From: Agarilytica sp.
GTDB lineage: Bacteria > Pseudomonadota > Gammaproteobacteria > Pseudomonadales > Cellvibrionaceae
Reading direction: 5' to 3'
Assembly: GCA_033852175.1 (NCBI GenBank)
Contig: JAWSUY010000001.1
Coordinates: 463,408-527,407, forward strand
DNA: 64,000 nt
Part shown: positions 18,748-29,384 of the stretch, piece after piece
Layout of the letters: every line of letters starts with the position of its first letter
Position numbering within the stretch: position 1 is the first letter of the stretch
Notes under the pieces: model-generated
What the model saw: the letters and a program-made list of their open reading frames with translations, nothing else
What the model was told of the DNA's origin: nothing
Databases searched by the model: none
Program-made: the position numbers and the translations under genes

Positions 18748-19374
18748 ATGAGCCAACCTGAAGACAACACCTTCGAAGGCACCGACGGTAAACCCCGCTG
18801 TAAGTGGTGCGACGCCGCGCCTGACTATATTGCCTACCACGATAAGGAATGGGGGTTTCCTGTAGACGACGACCAGCGTCTATTCGAAAAAATTAGCCTG
18901 GAGGCATTTCAGTCTGGCTTAAGCTGGCGAACGATTCTCACCAAACGTGAGAATTTTCGCGCTGCATTCTGTCATTTTGATTTTGATAAAATCGCCCGCT
19001 TTACACAACGTGACGTTAATCGCTTACTCAAAGATGCGGGAATTGTTCGGCACAGGGGAAAGATTGAGGCGATTATTAATAACGCCAAACGCGCACAAGA
19101 ATTGATTAAAGAGAAGGGGTCTTTAGCGGCTTACTTTTGGTCTTATGAGCCGGACCCATCAACTTTGGGAGAACGACAGTCTCTGACCACATCAGCTGAG
19201 TCGGTAGCCATGTCTAAGGACCTTAAAAAACGCGGCTGGAAGTTTGTCGGGCCAACAACTGCCTATGCCTTCATTCAGGCAATGGGTCTTATTAATGATC
19301 ACGTTGAGGCCTGTATGGTGAGTGCTAAGGTAGACCGCGCTCGGAAGAAGTTTAAGCGGCCTACGTCGAAATAA
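18748..19374 (+). CDS. tag: DNA-3-methyladenine glycosylase I
   Basis: Conserved Tag motifs (CKWC, YHDKEWGFPV, EAFQSGLSWRTIL, FGPTTAYAFIQAMGLINDH). Confidence 0.85.
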   Translation: MSQPEDNTFEGTDGKPRCKWCDAAPDYIAYHDKEWGFPVDDDQRLFEKISLEAFQSGLSWRTILTKRENFRAAFCHFDFDKIARFTQRDVNRLLKDAGIVRHRGKIEAIINNAKRAQELIKEKGSLAAYFWSYEPDPSTLGERQSLTTSAESVAMSKDLKKRGWKFVGPTTAYAFIQAMGLINDHVEACMVSAKVDRARKKFKRPTSK

Positions 19375-19462
19375 ACGATGCTCTACTAACAATAGAGCTG
19401 ACTTTACTTTTCAAACCAGAGGCAGTTGAATGAGCATTCGCCCCATATGAGAACGACTTGAG

Positions 19463-20122
19463 ATGTTGGATGACGGATTTAAGTTGATCGATAATTTCAT
19501 ATCAGAAGATCAAATCAATAATATTGTTAACGAACTCAACAGTTTCCCTATAACAGGAAAGGTCGGTGGGTTACGAAATGCCAATGCAAAACTCTCTACT
19601 GTAGGGGCATATGCGAAAACGGAATACGTATTAGAACATGCCGCTCAGTTTCTCCCTTCTCGACCAATGCTCGTTCGCGCGATTATTTTCAATAAAACAC
19701 ACGAAAATAATTGGCTGGTCACATGGCACCAAGACAAAACCGTCGCTGTATCCGAGAAATTTGAGTTGGATGGATGGGGGCCGTGGAGCGTAAAAGATGG
19801 AACAATACACGTTCAACCGCCATTAAAAGTTTTGGACCAAATGGTGACTTTCCGTATTCATCTCGATGATAGCAATCTAGAAAATGGCTGTTTAAAGGTT
19901 ATACCTGGAAGCCACAACTTAGGCATTATCCCACAGGCCAGTATTGCAGAGCACACAAGTCCGTCTAAATCACACGAGTGCATTGCAACACGTGGGTCTG
20001 CCTTGGTTATGCGGCCGCACATATTGCACGCGTCCAGTAAAGGCTCTCAACCCAGTCAGCGCAGGGTTCTACATTTGGAATTTAGCTCTTATCAGTTGCC
20101 CCCTGGAATTACATGGGCATAA
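19463..20122 (+). CDS. Phytanoyl-CoA dioxygenase (PhyH) family protein
   Basis: WHQD...iron-binding region and IPGSH of the PhyH 2OG-Fe(II) oxygenase family. Confidence 0.7.
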   Translation: MLDDGFKLIDNFISEDQINNIVNELNSFPITGKVGGLRNANAKLSTVGAYAKTEYVLEHAAQFLPSRPMLVRAIIFNKTHENNWLVTWHQDKTVAVSEKFELDGWGPWSVKDGTIHVQPPLKVLDQMVTFRIHLDDSNLENGCLKVIPGSHNLGIIPQASIAEHTSPSKSHECIATRGSALVMRPHILHASSKGSQPSQRRVLHLEFSSYQLPPGITWA

Positions 20123-20178
20123 AGAATGCTCAATACAGCAATATCGATCATGCTTTATCATTTCAGCCAAATTAAGAT

Positions 20179-21081
20179 ATGTCAGCTGAGAAGGTTTTGA
20201 GAAATGCGTATATGACCAACAATCACGATCGGTATCACAAAGTATTTGAATATATCGACCAACACTTAGACGATGCGCTTAATGTTGAATTGTTAAGCCA
20301 GGTCGCCTGCCTTTCGAAATTTCACTTTCATCGACAATTTTCTGCGCTGTACGGTATAGGCGTTGGGGCCTACATAAAGTTGGTGCGGTTAAAACGGGCG
20401 TCCTATCAATTAGCGTTTAGGGATAACCAGAAAATAGTGGAAATTGCTTTTGCGGCTGGATACGAAAGCCCCGAAGCTTTTTCAAAAACGTTTACTCGTA
20501 TTATGGGGAAAAGCCCTTCTGCTTTTAGAAAACAATCGAATGATATTGCTTGGCACAACCAATACGAATCCATATCCAAGCTAAGGCAGAAAGTTATGGT
20601 TGAAAAAGCACAGTCACCTGAAGTCACCGTTGTCGATTTTCCTGAAACGCCGATTGCCGCATTAGAACATAGAGGGCCGGTTGGCTCTCTCGGCCATACT
20701 ATTCAACACTTTATTGCGTGGCGAAGGCAACATCACACTCCGCCCAGTAAAAGTAGAACCTTTAATATTATGTATGACGACCCTGCTACCACTGAGCCTG
20801 AACGGTATAGGTTCGATATCTGTGCGTCATATAAAGGTAAGGTCCCAAACAACAAACTTGGGGTCATCAATAAAGTCATCCCTGAGGGCCGCTGCGCCTT
20901 AGTACGGCACATTGGCCCCGATGATATTATCGAACAAGTGGTCTCTTATCTTTATGGTGAATGGCTAATCAAAAGTCATAAAGAACTTCGGGATTTCCCT
21001 CTATTCTTCGAGCGGGTCACACTTTTTCCAGACGTTCCTGAAAACGAGTCGATTACGGATATTTACCTGCCTTTGCTATGA
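20179..21081 (+). CDS. AraC-family transcriptional regulator with GyrI-like effector-binding domain
   Basis: N-terminal AraC HTH (LSKFHFHRQFSALYGIGVGAYIKLVRLKRA...YESPEAFSKTFTRIMGKSPSAFR) and C-terminal GyrI-like domain. Confidence 0.75.
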   Translation: MSAEKVLRNAYMTNNHDRYHKVFEYIDQHLDDALNVELLSQVACLSKFHFHRQFSALYGIGVGAYIKLVRLKRASYQLAFRDNQKIVEIAFAAGYESPEAFSKTFTRIMGKSPSAFRKQSNDIAWHNQYESISKLRQKVMVEKAQSPEVTVVDFPETPIAALEHRGPVGSLGHTIQHFIAWRRQHHTPPSKSRTFNIMYDDPATTEPERYRFDICASYKGKVPNNKLGVINKVIPEGRCALVRHIGPDDIIEQVVSYLYGEWLIKSHKELRDFPLFFERVTLFPDVPENESITDIYLPLL

Positions 21082-21125
21082 TTAATGCTCATCTGTCTCC
21101 AATTAACTCCACTCCTATTTGATGA

Positions 21126-21905
21126 CTAATTGCGGCCAGCCATCACGCCGCCATCTACATCCCAAACCGCTCCAGTTACCCAGGCACTTTCTTCGGATAA
21201 CAAAAATCCAATCACGCCAGCAACGTCACCCGGCTCACCAATTCGGCCAATCGGGTGAAGGCCATTAAATGACGCCAAAGTAGCGTCTACCTCGTCTTTG
21301 GGTATGAAGCTTTCGTATACCGGGGTGCGAACGACTGCTGGGGCCACGGCGTTCACGCGAATATTATCTTCGGCAAATTCCATCGCTAGGTGTTGTGTCA
21401 GTGCGTGTAAACCAGCCTTGGCCATGGAGTAAGCCGAAGACGGCGTCGCTTTGATGGCTTGCTTTGCCCACATGGAACCAATGTTAACAATGGCCCCAGT
21501 TTGATGACGTTGCATGTTACGAATAATGGCCTGGGTTATCGTAAACAGGGATTTATTGATGTTGTGGTAGGCATCAAAATCGTCACCCGTATGATCCAGG
21601 AAGGGCAAGGGAGTGAAGCAGCCTGCAGCATTCACCAGGTATTTGATCTGCCGCGGTTCCTGGTTAATTCGATCGATGAGGCTTTTCACATCTTCAGCTT
21701 TATATAAGTCTGTTCGAAACACCTCTACCTTACCAAGCTGGCTCAATAATTTTTGTGCCGATTCTAGGTGCTCCGGGCTCCTTCCGGTTATACACACTGA
21801 TATTCCATTTTTGAGTAGGCGTTTTGCGGATTCCAATCCGATACCACTACTTCCGCCCACGATGTATGCGACTGTATTGCTCTCTACATTACTCTCTACT
21901 GACAT
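21126..21905 (-). CDS. SDR-family oxidoreductase
   Basis: GGSSGIGLE cofactor motif, NAAG, and catalytic YSMAKAG (YxxxK). Confidence 0.8.
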   Translation of the reverse strand: MSVESNVESNTVAYIVGGSSGIGLESAKRLLKNGISVCITGRSPEHLESAQKLLSQLGKVEVFRTDLYKAEDVKSLIDRINQEPRQIKYLVNAAGCFTPLPFLDHTGDDFDAYHNINKSLFTITQAIIRNMQRHQTGAIVNIGSMWAKQAIKATPSSAYSMAKAGLHALTQHLAMEFAEDNIRVNAVAPAVVRTPVYESFIPKDEVDATLASFNGLHPIGRIGEPGDVAGVIGFLLSEESAWVTGAVWDVDGGVMAGRN

Positions 21906-22054
21906 GTATATTCTCCAAAATTAATGAATTATCGTGCGGGCTGATTAGCCCTTGTTTCGAATCTCCAAACACTTCATGCTTGGCCTTAGATCAATAATTT
22001 ACAGAGCAACTGCCACGCTGAAAAGTAAGCACTTTTTTGTAGGGTAGGCACTTT

Positions 22055-22396
22055 TTGGTAGCAATTGTGATGCAGCAAAGCCCTCAGACGACACGAAAAA
22101 TTGCCCCTGGAAAAACAGGCGGGCTGATCGAAACCATCTTTCGCTGTAAATGGTCTCTGACTGTCCTAGACCTCATTACTCAGGACATTAAACGTCCAGG
22201 GGAAATGGTACGAACGGTTGAAGGGCTGAGTACTAAGGTATTGAATGATTGCCTGCGGGCGAATGTGAAGTTTGGGGTTTTGGAAAAGCGCTCTTTTCCT
22301 GAGATCCCCCCGCGTGTGGAATATGAATTTACGGACTACGGCTTAAAGTTTGTTGAGATTATTAACCAGATCCAAAAACTCGAAGAGGAGATGTAG
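22055..22396 (+). CDS. HxlR-family winged-helix transcriptional regulator
   Basis: FRCKWSLTVLDLI...PPRVEYEFTDYG, typical of HxlR; divergent from the SDR gene. Confidence 0.7.
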   Translation: MVAIVMQQSPQTTRKIAPGKTGGLIETIFRCKWSLTVLDLITQDIKRPGEMVRTVEGLSTKVLNDCLRANVKFGVLEKRSFPEIPPRVEYEFTDYGLKFVEIINQIQKLEEEM

Positions 22397-22444
22397 CATG
22401 GGAATTAATGTTCATCTGACCCCAGTTTTGACGGCTATATCAGC

Positions 22445-22816
22445 GTGAATATCGACCACTTTAATATCAGCGCGCCTTTTGACCTCTTAGAGGAGGTTCG
22501 GGATTTTTACTGTGCAGTGTTTGGGCTTTGCGTAGGCTTTAAGCCGACGTCGATGCGGAGAGGGTTTTGGCTGTACGAAGGTGATGCGCCCATTATTCAT
22601 CTTTCTGAAAGCAATCAGCATTCTGCTAATGAGCGGCCTGGGTATTTAGATCATGTTGCCTTTAAGCTGACGGGACTAGTCGATCTACAAGAAAAACTGG
22701 GTGGGCTTGGCGTTACTTATACGTCTAATTATATTGATGAACTCGATATGACCCAGTTATTTTTTACGGACCCTGCAGGATTGAAGCTAGAGGCGAACTT
22801 TAGTGGGGAAAGGTAA
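22445..22816 (+). CDS. VOC/glyoxalase-family protein
   Basis: 123-aa VOC fold (HFNISAPF...HLS...HVAFKL...FFTDPAGLKLE). Confidence 0.55.
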   Translation: MNIDHFNISAPFDLLEEVRDFYCAVFGLCVGFKPTSMRRGFWLYEGDAPIIHLSESNQHSANERPGYLDHVAFKLTGLVDLQEKLGGLGVTYTSNYIDELDMTQLFFTDPAGLKLEANFSGER

Positions 22817-23244
22817 ATAGACCATGGTGCGCCTGCCGACTTGGACACCTGCATGGATGTATCGAGCTATGCAACCGATGCGTCGTTAACGGCAAACCCG
22901 TCATCAATGCCCCGCTGAACTCATCACCATTAAGTAATAGCATTGCCAACCAACAACCGCTCAGCCTAGATTGATTTTCATTTGCAGGCTACCTCATCGC
23001 TTTCCTAACCTTACCCCTCCCTCGACCTACGGGCAAAACGAACTGACTAATCCTGCATTTCCAGCATTCCCTGTGTGATAAAGCTTCGACCTCTCCCTAT
23101 GTATTCACCGAAACTCGGCAAAAAAGGCACAGGATCACCCAAAATCACCGGTATTTGTCCGAATTAGTGTTAACAAAAGCGGGGGGTTTATCGCTATAAT
23201 GCCCCCAACAAATTTATGGGCTTAATGGTAAAGGGTACGACTGA

Positions 23245-23646
23245 ATGAAAAGCGTAAAAATTTTAGTGTGTTTGATCTTAGCGATCTCAGCATTTCACGT
23301 AGCAGCAGAAACGGTTGAAGACCGTATTAAACCAGCAGGTACTGTGTGTATGGCTGGCGATGACTGTGCTTCTGCCGCAGGTAAAGTTGCTTCAGCAGAC
23401 GGCCCACGCTCAGGCAAAGACGTTTACGACGCAAAATGCGCAATGTGCCACGCGACTGGCGCTGCAGGTGCACCTAAGCTTGGCGATGTTGCTGGTTGGG
23501 CTGCTCGTATAGGCAAAGGGTCTGATGTTTTATACGCTAGCGCAATCAGCGGTTTCAAAGGCATGCCAGCGAAAGGATTGTGTTTTGATTGTTCTGACGT
23601 TGAGCTTAAAGCTACTGTTGACTACATGGTAGACAACTCTAAGTAA
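23245..23646 (+). CDS. Cytochrome c5 (c-type monohaem cytochrome)
   Basis: Signal peptide; haem-binding CAMCH; C-terminal CFDC disulfide pair as in cytochrome c5. Confidence 0.8.
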   Translation: MKSVKILVCLILAISAFHVAAETVEDRIKPAGTVCMAGDDCASAAGKVASADGPRSGKDVYDAKCAMCHATGAAGAPKLGDVAGWAARIGKGSDVLYASAISGFKGMPAKGLCFDCSDVELKATVDYMVDNSK

Positions 23647-23670
23647 GCTGTTAGACAATAAAGCGTTTTA

Positions 23671-23696
23671 CGAAAGCCGCCTTGAGCGGCTTTTTT
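23671..23696 (+). terminator. Rho-independent terminator
   Basis: AAGCCGC-CTTGA-GCGGCTT followed by TTTTGTG. Confidence 0.55.
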
Positions 23697-23811
23697 GTGC
23701 CTGTCCATAGGATAATCCACTAAGGCCGTGGATTATCGCCGCAAAAAGCTCTAGAATCCCGCCGCGCTCATGTGAGCCAATCTCTAATTTCATAATATAA
23801 TGAGGAAAGGT

Positions 23812-24018
23812 ATGAAAACCGTTAAAAAGACTGCTGAGTACACCATCTTCGTCCGTAACGACAAGCGTCATGCGATTCTTAGCTCTGCTAACAAGTGGAT
23901 CAACGGAGAAGATAAAGTGGCTATTCTTCAAAAAGAAGAGTTGTTGAAAGCTCCTGCTCCTAAAGCTGCAGAGCCTGCTGCTGAAGAAGCCGCTGCACCA
24001 GAAGCTGCTGCTGAGTAA
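23812..24018 (+). CDS. Small hypothetical protein with Ala/Glu/Pro-rich C-terminus
   Basis: GAGGAAAGG RBS then ATG 23812 (MKTVKKTAEY...); tail APAPKAAEPAAEEAAAPEAAAE. Confidence 0.4.
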   Translation: MKTVKKTAEYTIFVRNDKRHAILSSANKWINGEDKVAILQKEELLKAPAPKAAEPAAEEAAAPEAAAE

Positions 24019-24035
24019 GGCACGTTTCAATACGA

Positions 24036-24070
24036 AAAAGGGGCTACTCGATGAGTAGCCCCTTTTTTAT
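24036..24070 (+). terminator. Strong Rho-independent terminator
   Basis: AGGGGCTACTC-GATG-AGTAGCCCCT followed by TTTTTT. Confidence 0.75.
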
Positions 24071-24163
24071 GTCCTATTTCTTTATGCCCTACTCACACAT
24101 TTTGAGGTGATGACGGAGGCACTCCTTAGGGAAGCGCCAAAGGCCCAAAGAAAAGAAAGGCCC

Positions 24164-26992
24164 TTAAACCGTTATCGCACTCCAACTCGCGTAGAAACGC
24201 TCAAATAACGTTTTGTATTCGTCTTCGGATACTGGCCCTACACCACACCATTCTTTTGCGATGGTCAGGCTAGTGTTGCGATCATCTCGCTGAGAACCCA
24301 AGCCCTTCTGCAATAAGCTGACTTGGTATTCCATCCGCAGTTGCTTATCGGTTACTGGCGTTTCTTGATCAGAGAGAATCTCTGCCCGAATACATAAGAT
24401 TTTTAAGGCTTTTAAATTTTCAGCAGAGTCAGCACCAGGTTCAGAAGCCACTTGTAGCAGTTTTTGTTTAACAAAAGACTGAGCCCCTTCTGGCCACTGG
24501 TTTACGCCTTCAATAAACGCTTCTACTTCTTCACGCAAGCTGTTATCAGCTTCATCAGATTGTGCAACGTTATGGTAATTATTAATCTTTTCACAAGCGG
24601 CAAAAAAGTCCTGCCAAGCATGGGAGGCGCTTTCGCGTAAGAGTTTCGCCACTTTATTATCAAAAGCATCCAGCCCTTTATTAAAATCACGTTCAATTGC
24701 ACGCTGCACTTTTTCTGGAATTTCTTCTAGCTCAGCAAACTCGTTTTGTAAGCGGTCTCTATCGGCACGAGCAGCGAGTAATTCAACGGCTGGTTTTTCC
24801 GTTAACGTCTGAATGTTCGTAATGAAGGCACGAGCATTGTTGATAATTCCGTCCATTGCGCTGCGTTTTTCATTTTCTGCCAGTGTTTTGGCCTCGAAAA
24901 TTTGATCGCACGACGCACGAAACTCCTTCCAAAGGCTTTCATTATCGCGGTACTGACAACGACCTGTCATTTTCCATTGCGCTTGTAAACGCTTAACCCC
25001 TTCGATGCCTTGCTGAATATCTTTAAGTTCAGCCATTTTCTTCGCTTGATCGATTAAGACTTCTTTAGCCGATTTATTTTTCGCAAACTCTTCATTCAGC
25101 TTTTCTTGAAGCTTATCCATGGCGAGATCAAAACTGACGACGACCTCTTTGTTCGCAGCACGTTCAACTGGTGCGTACGAATGCAGCTCTTTACGCGCGC
25201 TACGTAATATTTGCTCAACGTGTTTCCAGTCGGCGTCTTCCCAATCGTAATCTGTACAAAAATCTTCGAGCTGTTTGACCAGTGATTTTCGTTTTTCTAA
25301 ATTGGCTTTTCGTAAGTCACCCAGCTCGTCATAATAGGCTTTACAGGGCACATACGCTTTGTCCGCAAGTTCTCTGAATTTTTCCCAGAGTTCTTCTTGA
25401 CGATCTTTTCCGCTTTGACTTAATGACTTCCATTCATCTTGCAATTTTTTAATTTTAATCGCTAAGGCTTCTGGAGGAACATCGAGCCCCACTAATTTTT
25501 CCATCGCTTCAACAAGTGAGTGTTTTTTAGGGACAACTGCGTAGGCTTGCCAATCCACGAGCTTTTGAATTTGCTCGTCTAGCACTTCTAATTTTTTGGG
25601 CAAAAATGAGGGTACGCTATCCAAGTGTGCTAATTTTTCATCAATAGAATGGCGAACGCCGATGGCTTGCTTCAAGCGCCCTTGATCAATCGCTTGGCTA
25701 GACTTACGAATAAGAGAAGTAATTGCACGAACAGTTTTTTCGTGGTTCTCCTTTTGTGTCGCAAAGTCAGCATCAACACTTTGCAAGAGTGTATTCGTTT
25801 CCGTAAGAGCTTCACAGGTAGAATATTGGTTAAGCGAAGAGGCTGGCTGAAGTAAACGACGTAGGGTTTTAATATCTAACTTTTTCTGATCGTCATCATC
25901 TTGATTACTGGCTAAGCGATTACGACAAACAATCAAGCTACCGTTTTTCTCGTATTCACCAAGCAACATTTCAACGCCATCACAGATAACCGTGTAATCA
26001 CGTAACTGCTTGGCAGCAGGTTTGTTAAATGCTTTTAATTCGTCCCATTGCGCTTTGGTTTCAGTCAGCGCTAAACGTAGCTCTGTTATAGCAAGTTCGT
26101 CTATATTTTCGAGTTCATAAAGCTTAGTCATTAATGCCCATAAGGCAGTGAGCACACCGCCACGTTTGTCGCCGGCTTCTAGAACTTTGATTTTCAGTTC
26201 TTCTTCTGCTTTCAAAGCATTTTGAACGGCGTCTAGTTTTTCCTGGCATACCGACACTTCTGCAGCAAACTGCGCGGCCACTTCACCTTCACTGATATCG
26301 CCCAATTCTGACCAACGACGTTCAAGACGATTAAGGCGAGGTTGCGTATCTTTGTCCACATCACGTTTGGCGAGGTAGATCATCTCATCGACCAAGATAC
26401 TAATCGCTTCCTCTTTTTCCTCTCTTTTGTGCTCTTCTTCACGCAGCACATCTAACTTCACCTTGAGAATTTTATAGGCTTTCTTATCTTTGGTTTTGAG
26501 TGCTATAGAAAGCTCTCGAAGTTCTAGCGGAGATTCAATTTTGGACGCTAGCAGCTGCCGAACCTTAGAGGAGGTTGCCGAACGGCATAATTTGCATATT
26601 AGCGCTTCGTCCTGAATTTCACTAAGGACTCGGGTTTGAAAGGCATCGTTGGTACATAAGGCGGCTATGGTGAGCCGTTGTTCGGTATCTTTAAAGGCGC
26701 TTGTCACTTCAGCATCGCTTACAGTGCCTGCATCCATGAGTATTGCGATACGTTTACGGGCTTGTTTGACGATATCGGCATTTTGGCTATCGGAGGAGCC
26801 CATGGCAAATAGCGTGGGAGAGCTGACTTTCTCGACCAATGCGGAACGAAGCTCAAAGTCGTCAGCCGTTCCGCTCTTACCGAGATAGAGCGACTCTAGC
26901 TCCGAAACCGGGCTATCTTTCAATTGAAGAAGTTTGTCTGCGAGGGTGAGTGGCTTTTTGTTACCACCGAAAATTTTGCCGAAAATACTCAT
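24164..26992 (-). CDS. DUF349-repeat coiled-coil protein (942 aa)
   Basis: Recurrent ~70-aa helical repeats carrying the W-x2-F/W-x3-A/C signature (ELWEKFRELADKAYVPCKAY, SLWKEFRASCDQIF, HAWQDFFAACEKI), characteristic of DUF349. Confidence 0.6.
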   Translation of the reverse strand: MSIFGKIFGGNKKPLTLADKLLQLKDSPVSELESLYLGKSGTADDFELRSALVEKVSSPTLFAMGSSDSQNADIVKQARKRIAILMDAGTVSDAEVTSAFKDTEQRLTIAALCTNDAFQTRVLSEIQDEALICKLCRSATSSKVRQLLASKIESPLELRELSIALKTKDKKAYKILKVKLDVLREEEHKREEKEEAISILVDEMIYLAKRDVDKDTQPRLNRLERRWSELGDISEGEVAAQFAAEVSVCQEKLDAVQNALKAEEELKIKVLEAGDKRGGVLTALWALMTKLYELENIDELAITELRLALTETKAQWDELKAFNKPAAKQLRDYTVICDGVEMLLGEYEKNGSLIVCRNRLASNQDDDDQKKLDIKTLRRLLQPASSLNQYSTCEALTETNTLLQSVDADFATQKENHEKTVRAITSLIRKSSQAIDQGRLKQAIGVRHSIDEKLAHLDSVPSFLPKKLEVLDEQIQKLVDWQAYAVVPKKHSLVEAMEKLVGLDVPPEALAIKIKKLQDEWKSLSQSGKDRQEELWEKFRELADKAYVPCKAYYDELGDLRKANLEKRKSLVKQLEDFCTDYDWEDADWKHVEQILRSARKELHSYAPVERAANKEVVVSFDLAMDKLQEKLNEEFAKNKSAKEVLIDQAKKMAELKDIQQGIEGVKRLQAQWKMTGRCQYRDNESLWKEFRASCDQIFEAKTLAENEKRSAMDGIINNARAFITNIQTLTEKPAVELLAARADRDRLQNEFAELEEIPEKVQRAIERDFNKGLDAFDNKVAKLLRESASHAWQDFFAACEKINNYHNVAQSDEADNSLREEVEAFIEGVNQWPEGAQSFVKQKLLQVASEPGADSAENLKALKILCIRAEILSDQETPVTDKQLRMEYQVSLLQKGLGSQRDDRNTSLTIAKEWCGVGPVSEDEYKTLFERFYASWSAITV

Positions 26993-27501
26993 AGTTATTA
27001 CCTTATGCTTACCGAGGCCTTAGACCTGGAATGACTCACATTCGCTCTTTGCGAATAGGGTCCACGATCATACAAAGACTCGGTCGTCTTTTGAACCACT
27101 TAAACCAAAATCTGACGCCTAAAACGCCTTGATAGCTATTCTGTATGATCAGATTCTCTTTTGTTAATCTATACCTAGATATATGACGACATTAATAAGG
27201 ATACCTAAGCCATTTCACTGTATGTAAGGAAGTATTCACACCCGATTTGTAAATTAGTGGCGAAGTGCAGGCCGCTCTGGCCCAATCTCGGCCTTTACAC
27301 GGTACCTCGCAAGCGCAGGCGCTTAAGTTCTCAGGTTTTTTACCGGAGATTAGGCGACCTGAGCAAGCGCGAGAGCTCAAGGCAGACACGTACTTATAAG
27401 CATAAAACTCATCAAATGGTTTGGCCTCTTAAACGCACTACCCGCCCCATAATGGAGCCCTCACAAAGACCTATCGATAGACATATAGTGAATCACGCCT
27501 A

Positions 27502-28872
27502 ATGGAACAGCGGATACGATTTACACGTGCCAACCTGCGTCAAGAAGCAAAAAAGCTCGGCTCCCTTGCAGGGCCAGTGCTGATAGCCCAATGGCTGCAA
27601 ACCTTCATCGTCGTGATTGATACGATGATGTCAGGGCATTACAGCGCAACAGACCTGTCGGCAGTCGCTATTGGGGGCAGCATTTGGTTTCCGATTTATC
27701 TAATGGCCATGGGTGTCATATCGGCCCTTACTCCTGTTGTTGCGCATTTTCACGGCGCAAATAAGCCCAAAGAGATCGTCAATGCGACTTACCAGTGTTT
27801 CTTTTTGGTATTGATTCTCTGCCCAGTTCTGATGTGCTCAATGTTCTTTTTTGAACCCATACTCGCGTTTATTCAAGCTGACAGTGAAGTCCAGCCCATT
27901 GCGGTGGGTTACCTCAAGGGCATTTTCATTGGTCTTCCGCCACTGTTGTTCGCCAGCTTACTGCGCTGCTATAGCGATGGCGTATCGATGACACGACCTG
28001 CCGTTATCGGCAGTCTTATAGGACTTATCGTCAATGTGCCGCTTAATTATGTTCTGATTTACGGCAAATTTGGTTTCCCAGAAATGGGCGGGGAGGGCTG
28101 TGGCTGGGCCAGCGCCATTTCCTTTTATGTTACGTTTTTATATATGTTGTTTGTGGTTTTTCAAAAACAGTACCGAGAATTCTATTTGTTTGAACAATTT
28201 TATAAGTGGTACTGGCCCGAGTTTAAGCACTTGCTCATTGTTGGCCTTCCTATTGGTCTGACATTTTTTATTGAATACAGTATGTTCGGGGTCATCGCCT
28301 TATTTTTAGCGAAGCTCGGCTCGACTGTTGTTGCCGCCCATCAAGTGGTTCTCAACATTACGGCTGTTGTTTTTATGATTCCTTTGAGTTTGGGAATGGC
28401 GTTAACGATTCGAGTTGGGTTTTTACTGGGATCCAACGATCCTCAACAGGCCCGATTTTCGGTTATTTTCGGTGTCGGGGTGGCTGCTTTATATTCTGTG
28501 TTTGCCGCCGTCATGCTATATAGCCTTCGTTTTTATGTTCCGCTTTTGTATACGGATGAAGCTGAGGTTATTGCACTGTGTGCCATTTTGTTAGGCTACG
28601 CCGCTGCGTTTCAAATTGCGGACCCACTTCAGGCAATTGCTGCAGGGGCTCTTCGAGGTTATAAAGATACAAAGTCGGTTTTGGTAATTGTGATGATTGC
28701 GTTTTGGTGTGTTGGGCTTCCGCTGGGGTATGTGTTGGGGCTGACGGATATATTGGGCGCGGCGCGAAGTGCTGAAGGGTTTTGGATGGGACTGGCTGTT
28801 GGTTTGTTTTTCGCTGCGGTTTTGTTGGGGGGGAGATTGAGGTTTGTTGTTCGGAGGTTTTGTAAGGTTTAG
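27502..28872 (+). CDS. norM: MATE-family multidrug efflux transporter (NorM-like)
   Basis: 456 aa, 12 TM; N-terminal KKLGSLAGPVLIAQWLQTFIVVIDTMMSGH, matching the NorM/MATE family. Confidence 0.8.
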   Translation: MEQRIRFTRANLRQEAKKLGSLAGPVLIAQWLQTFIVVIDTMMSGHYSATDLSAVAIGGSIWFPIYLMAMGVISALTPVVAHFHGANKPKEIVNATYQCFFLVLILCPVLMCSMFFFEPILAFIQADSEVQPIAVGYLKGIFIGLPPLLFASLLRCYSDGVSMTRPAVIGSLIGLIVNVPLNYVLIYGKFGFPEMGGEGCGWASAISFYVTFLYMLFVVFQKQYREFYLFEQFYKWYWPEFKHLLIVGLPIGLTFFIEYSMFGVIALFLAKLGSTVVAAHQVVLNITAVVFMIPLSLGMALTIRVGFLLGSNDPQQARFSVIFGVGVAALYSVFAAVMLYSLRFYVPLLYTDEAEVIALCAILLGYAAAFQIADPLQAIAAGALRGYKDTKSVLVIVMIAFWCVGLPLGYVLGLTDILGAARSAEGFWMGLAVGLFFAAVLLGGRLRFVVRRFCKV

Positions 28873-28887
28873 GTTGGCGTTAAAATT

Positions 28888-28914
28888 AACCACTACGAAA
28901 TATTCGTAGTGGTT
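28888..28914. terminator. Bidirectional hairpin terminator between convergent genes
   Basis: Perfect 12-bp stem AACCACTACGAA-ATAT-TTCGTAGTGGTT flanked by T/A runs. Confidence 0.6.
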
Positions 28915-28952
28915 ATTGTCAACCTAAGAAATACACGATTGATTCAATCACT

Positions 28953-29294
28953 CTAATCTGCGTAAACTCGATACGACCCAACGACACAGTCATCACCACT
29001 TCTACTCATATAAACCGTAGATTCATTCTTTATTGAATATATAAACTCTTTCAACTCATCGTAATTATTAGAATCAGAATATGCATGGCAATTGAATATG
29101 TCGTCATTCGCATCACGGGCGAATATACGCACATAATTTGGCTGCACTCTGAAGTAAAAATCTTCATCATGTGCGAGTTCAGCGCCTATTGTCGCAGTGA
29201 ACGACCGCCCTGAATTGTACACATTAACATCAGCATTTGAAAACGAACTTACAGTTAACAATGTAGCAGCAACTAGTGAAATAATTTTTTTCAT
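28953..29294 (-). CDS. Small secreted protein, hypothetical
   Basis: Signal peptide MKKIISLVAATLLTVSSFSNA; Cys pair; AT-rich islet. Confidence 0.45.
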   Translation of the reverse strand: MKKIISLVAATLLTVSSFSNADVNVYNSGRSFTATIGAELAHDEDFYFRVQPNYVRIFARDANDDIFNCHAYSDSNNYDELKEFIYSIKNESTVYMSRSGDDCVVGSYRVYAD

Positions 29295-29384
29295 ATTTTT
29301 AATTCCATTTTTAATTTTAAATATTTTTAAGTGTTGACACTATTTTTTCAGACCATATGAACCTCCTTGCTACCCGAGATGTAT

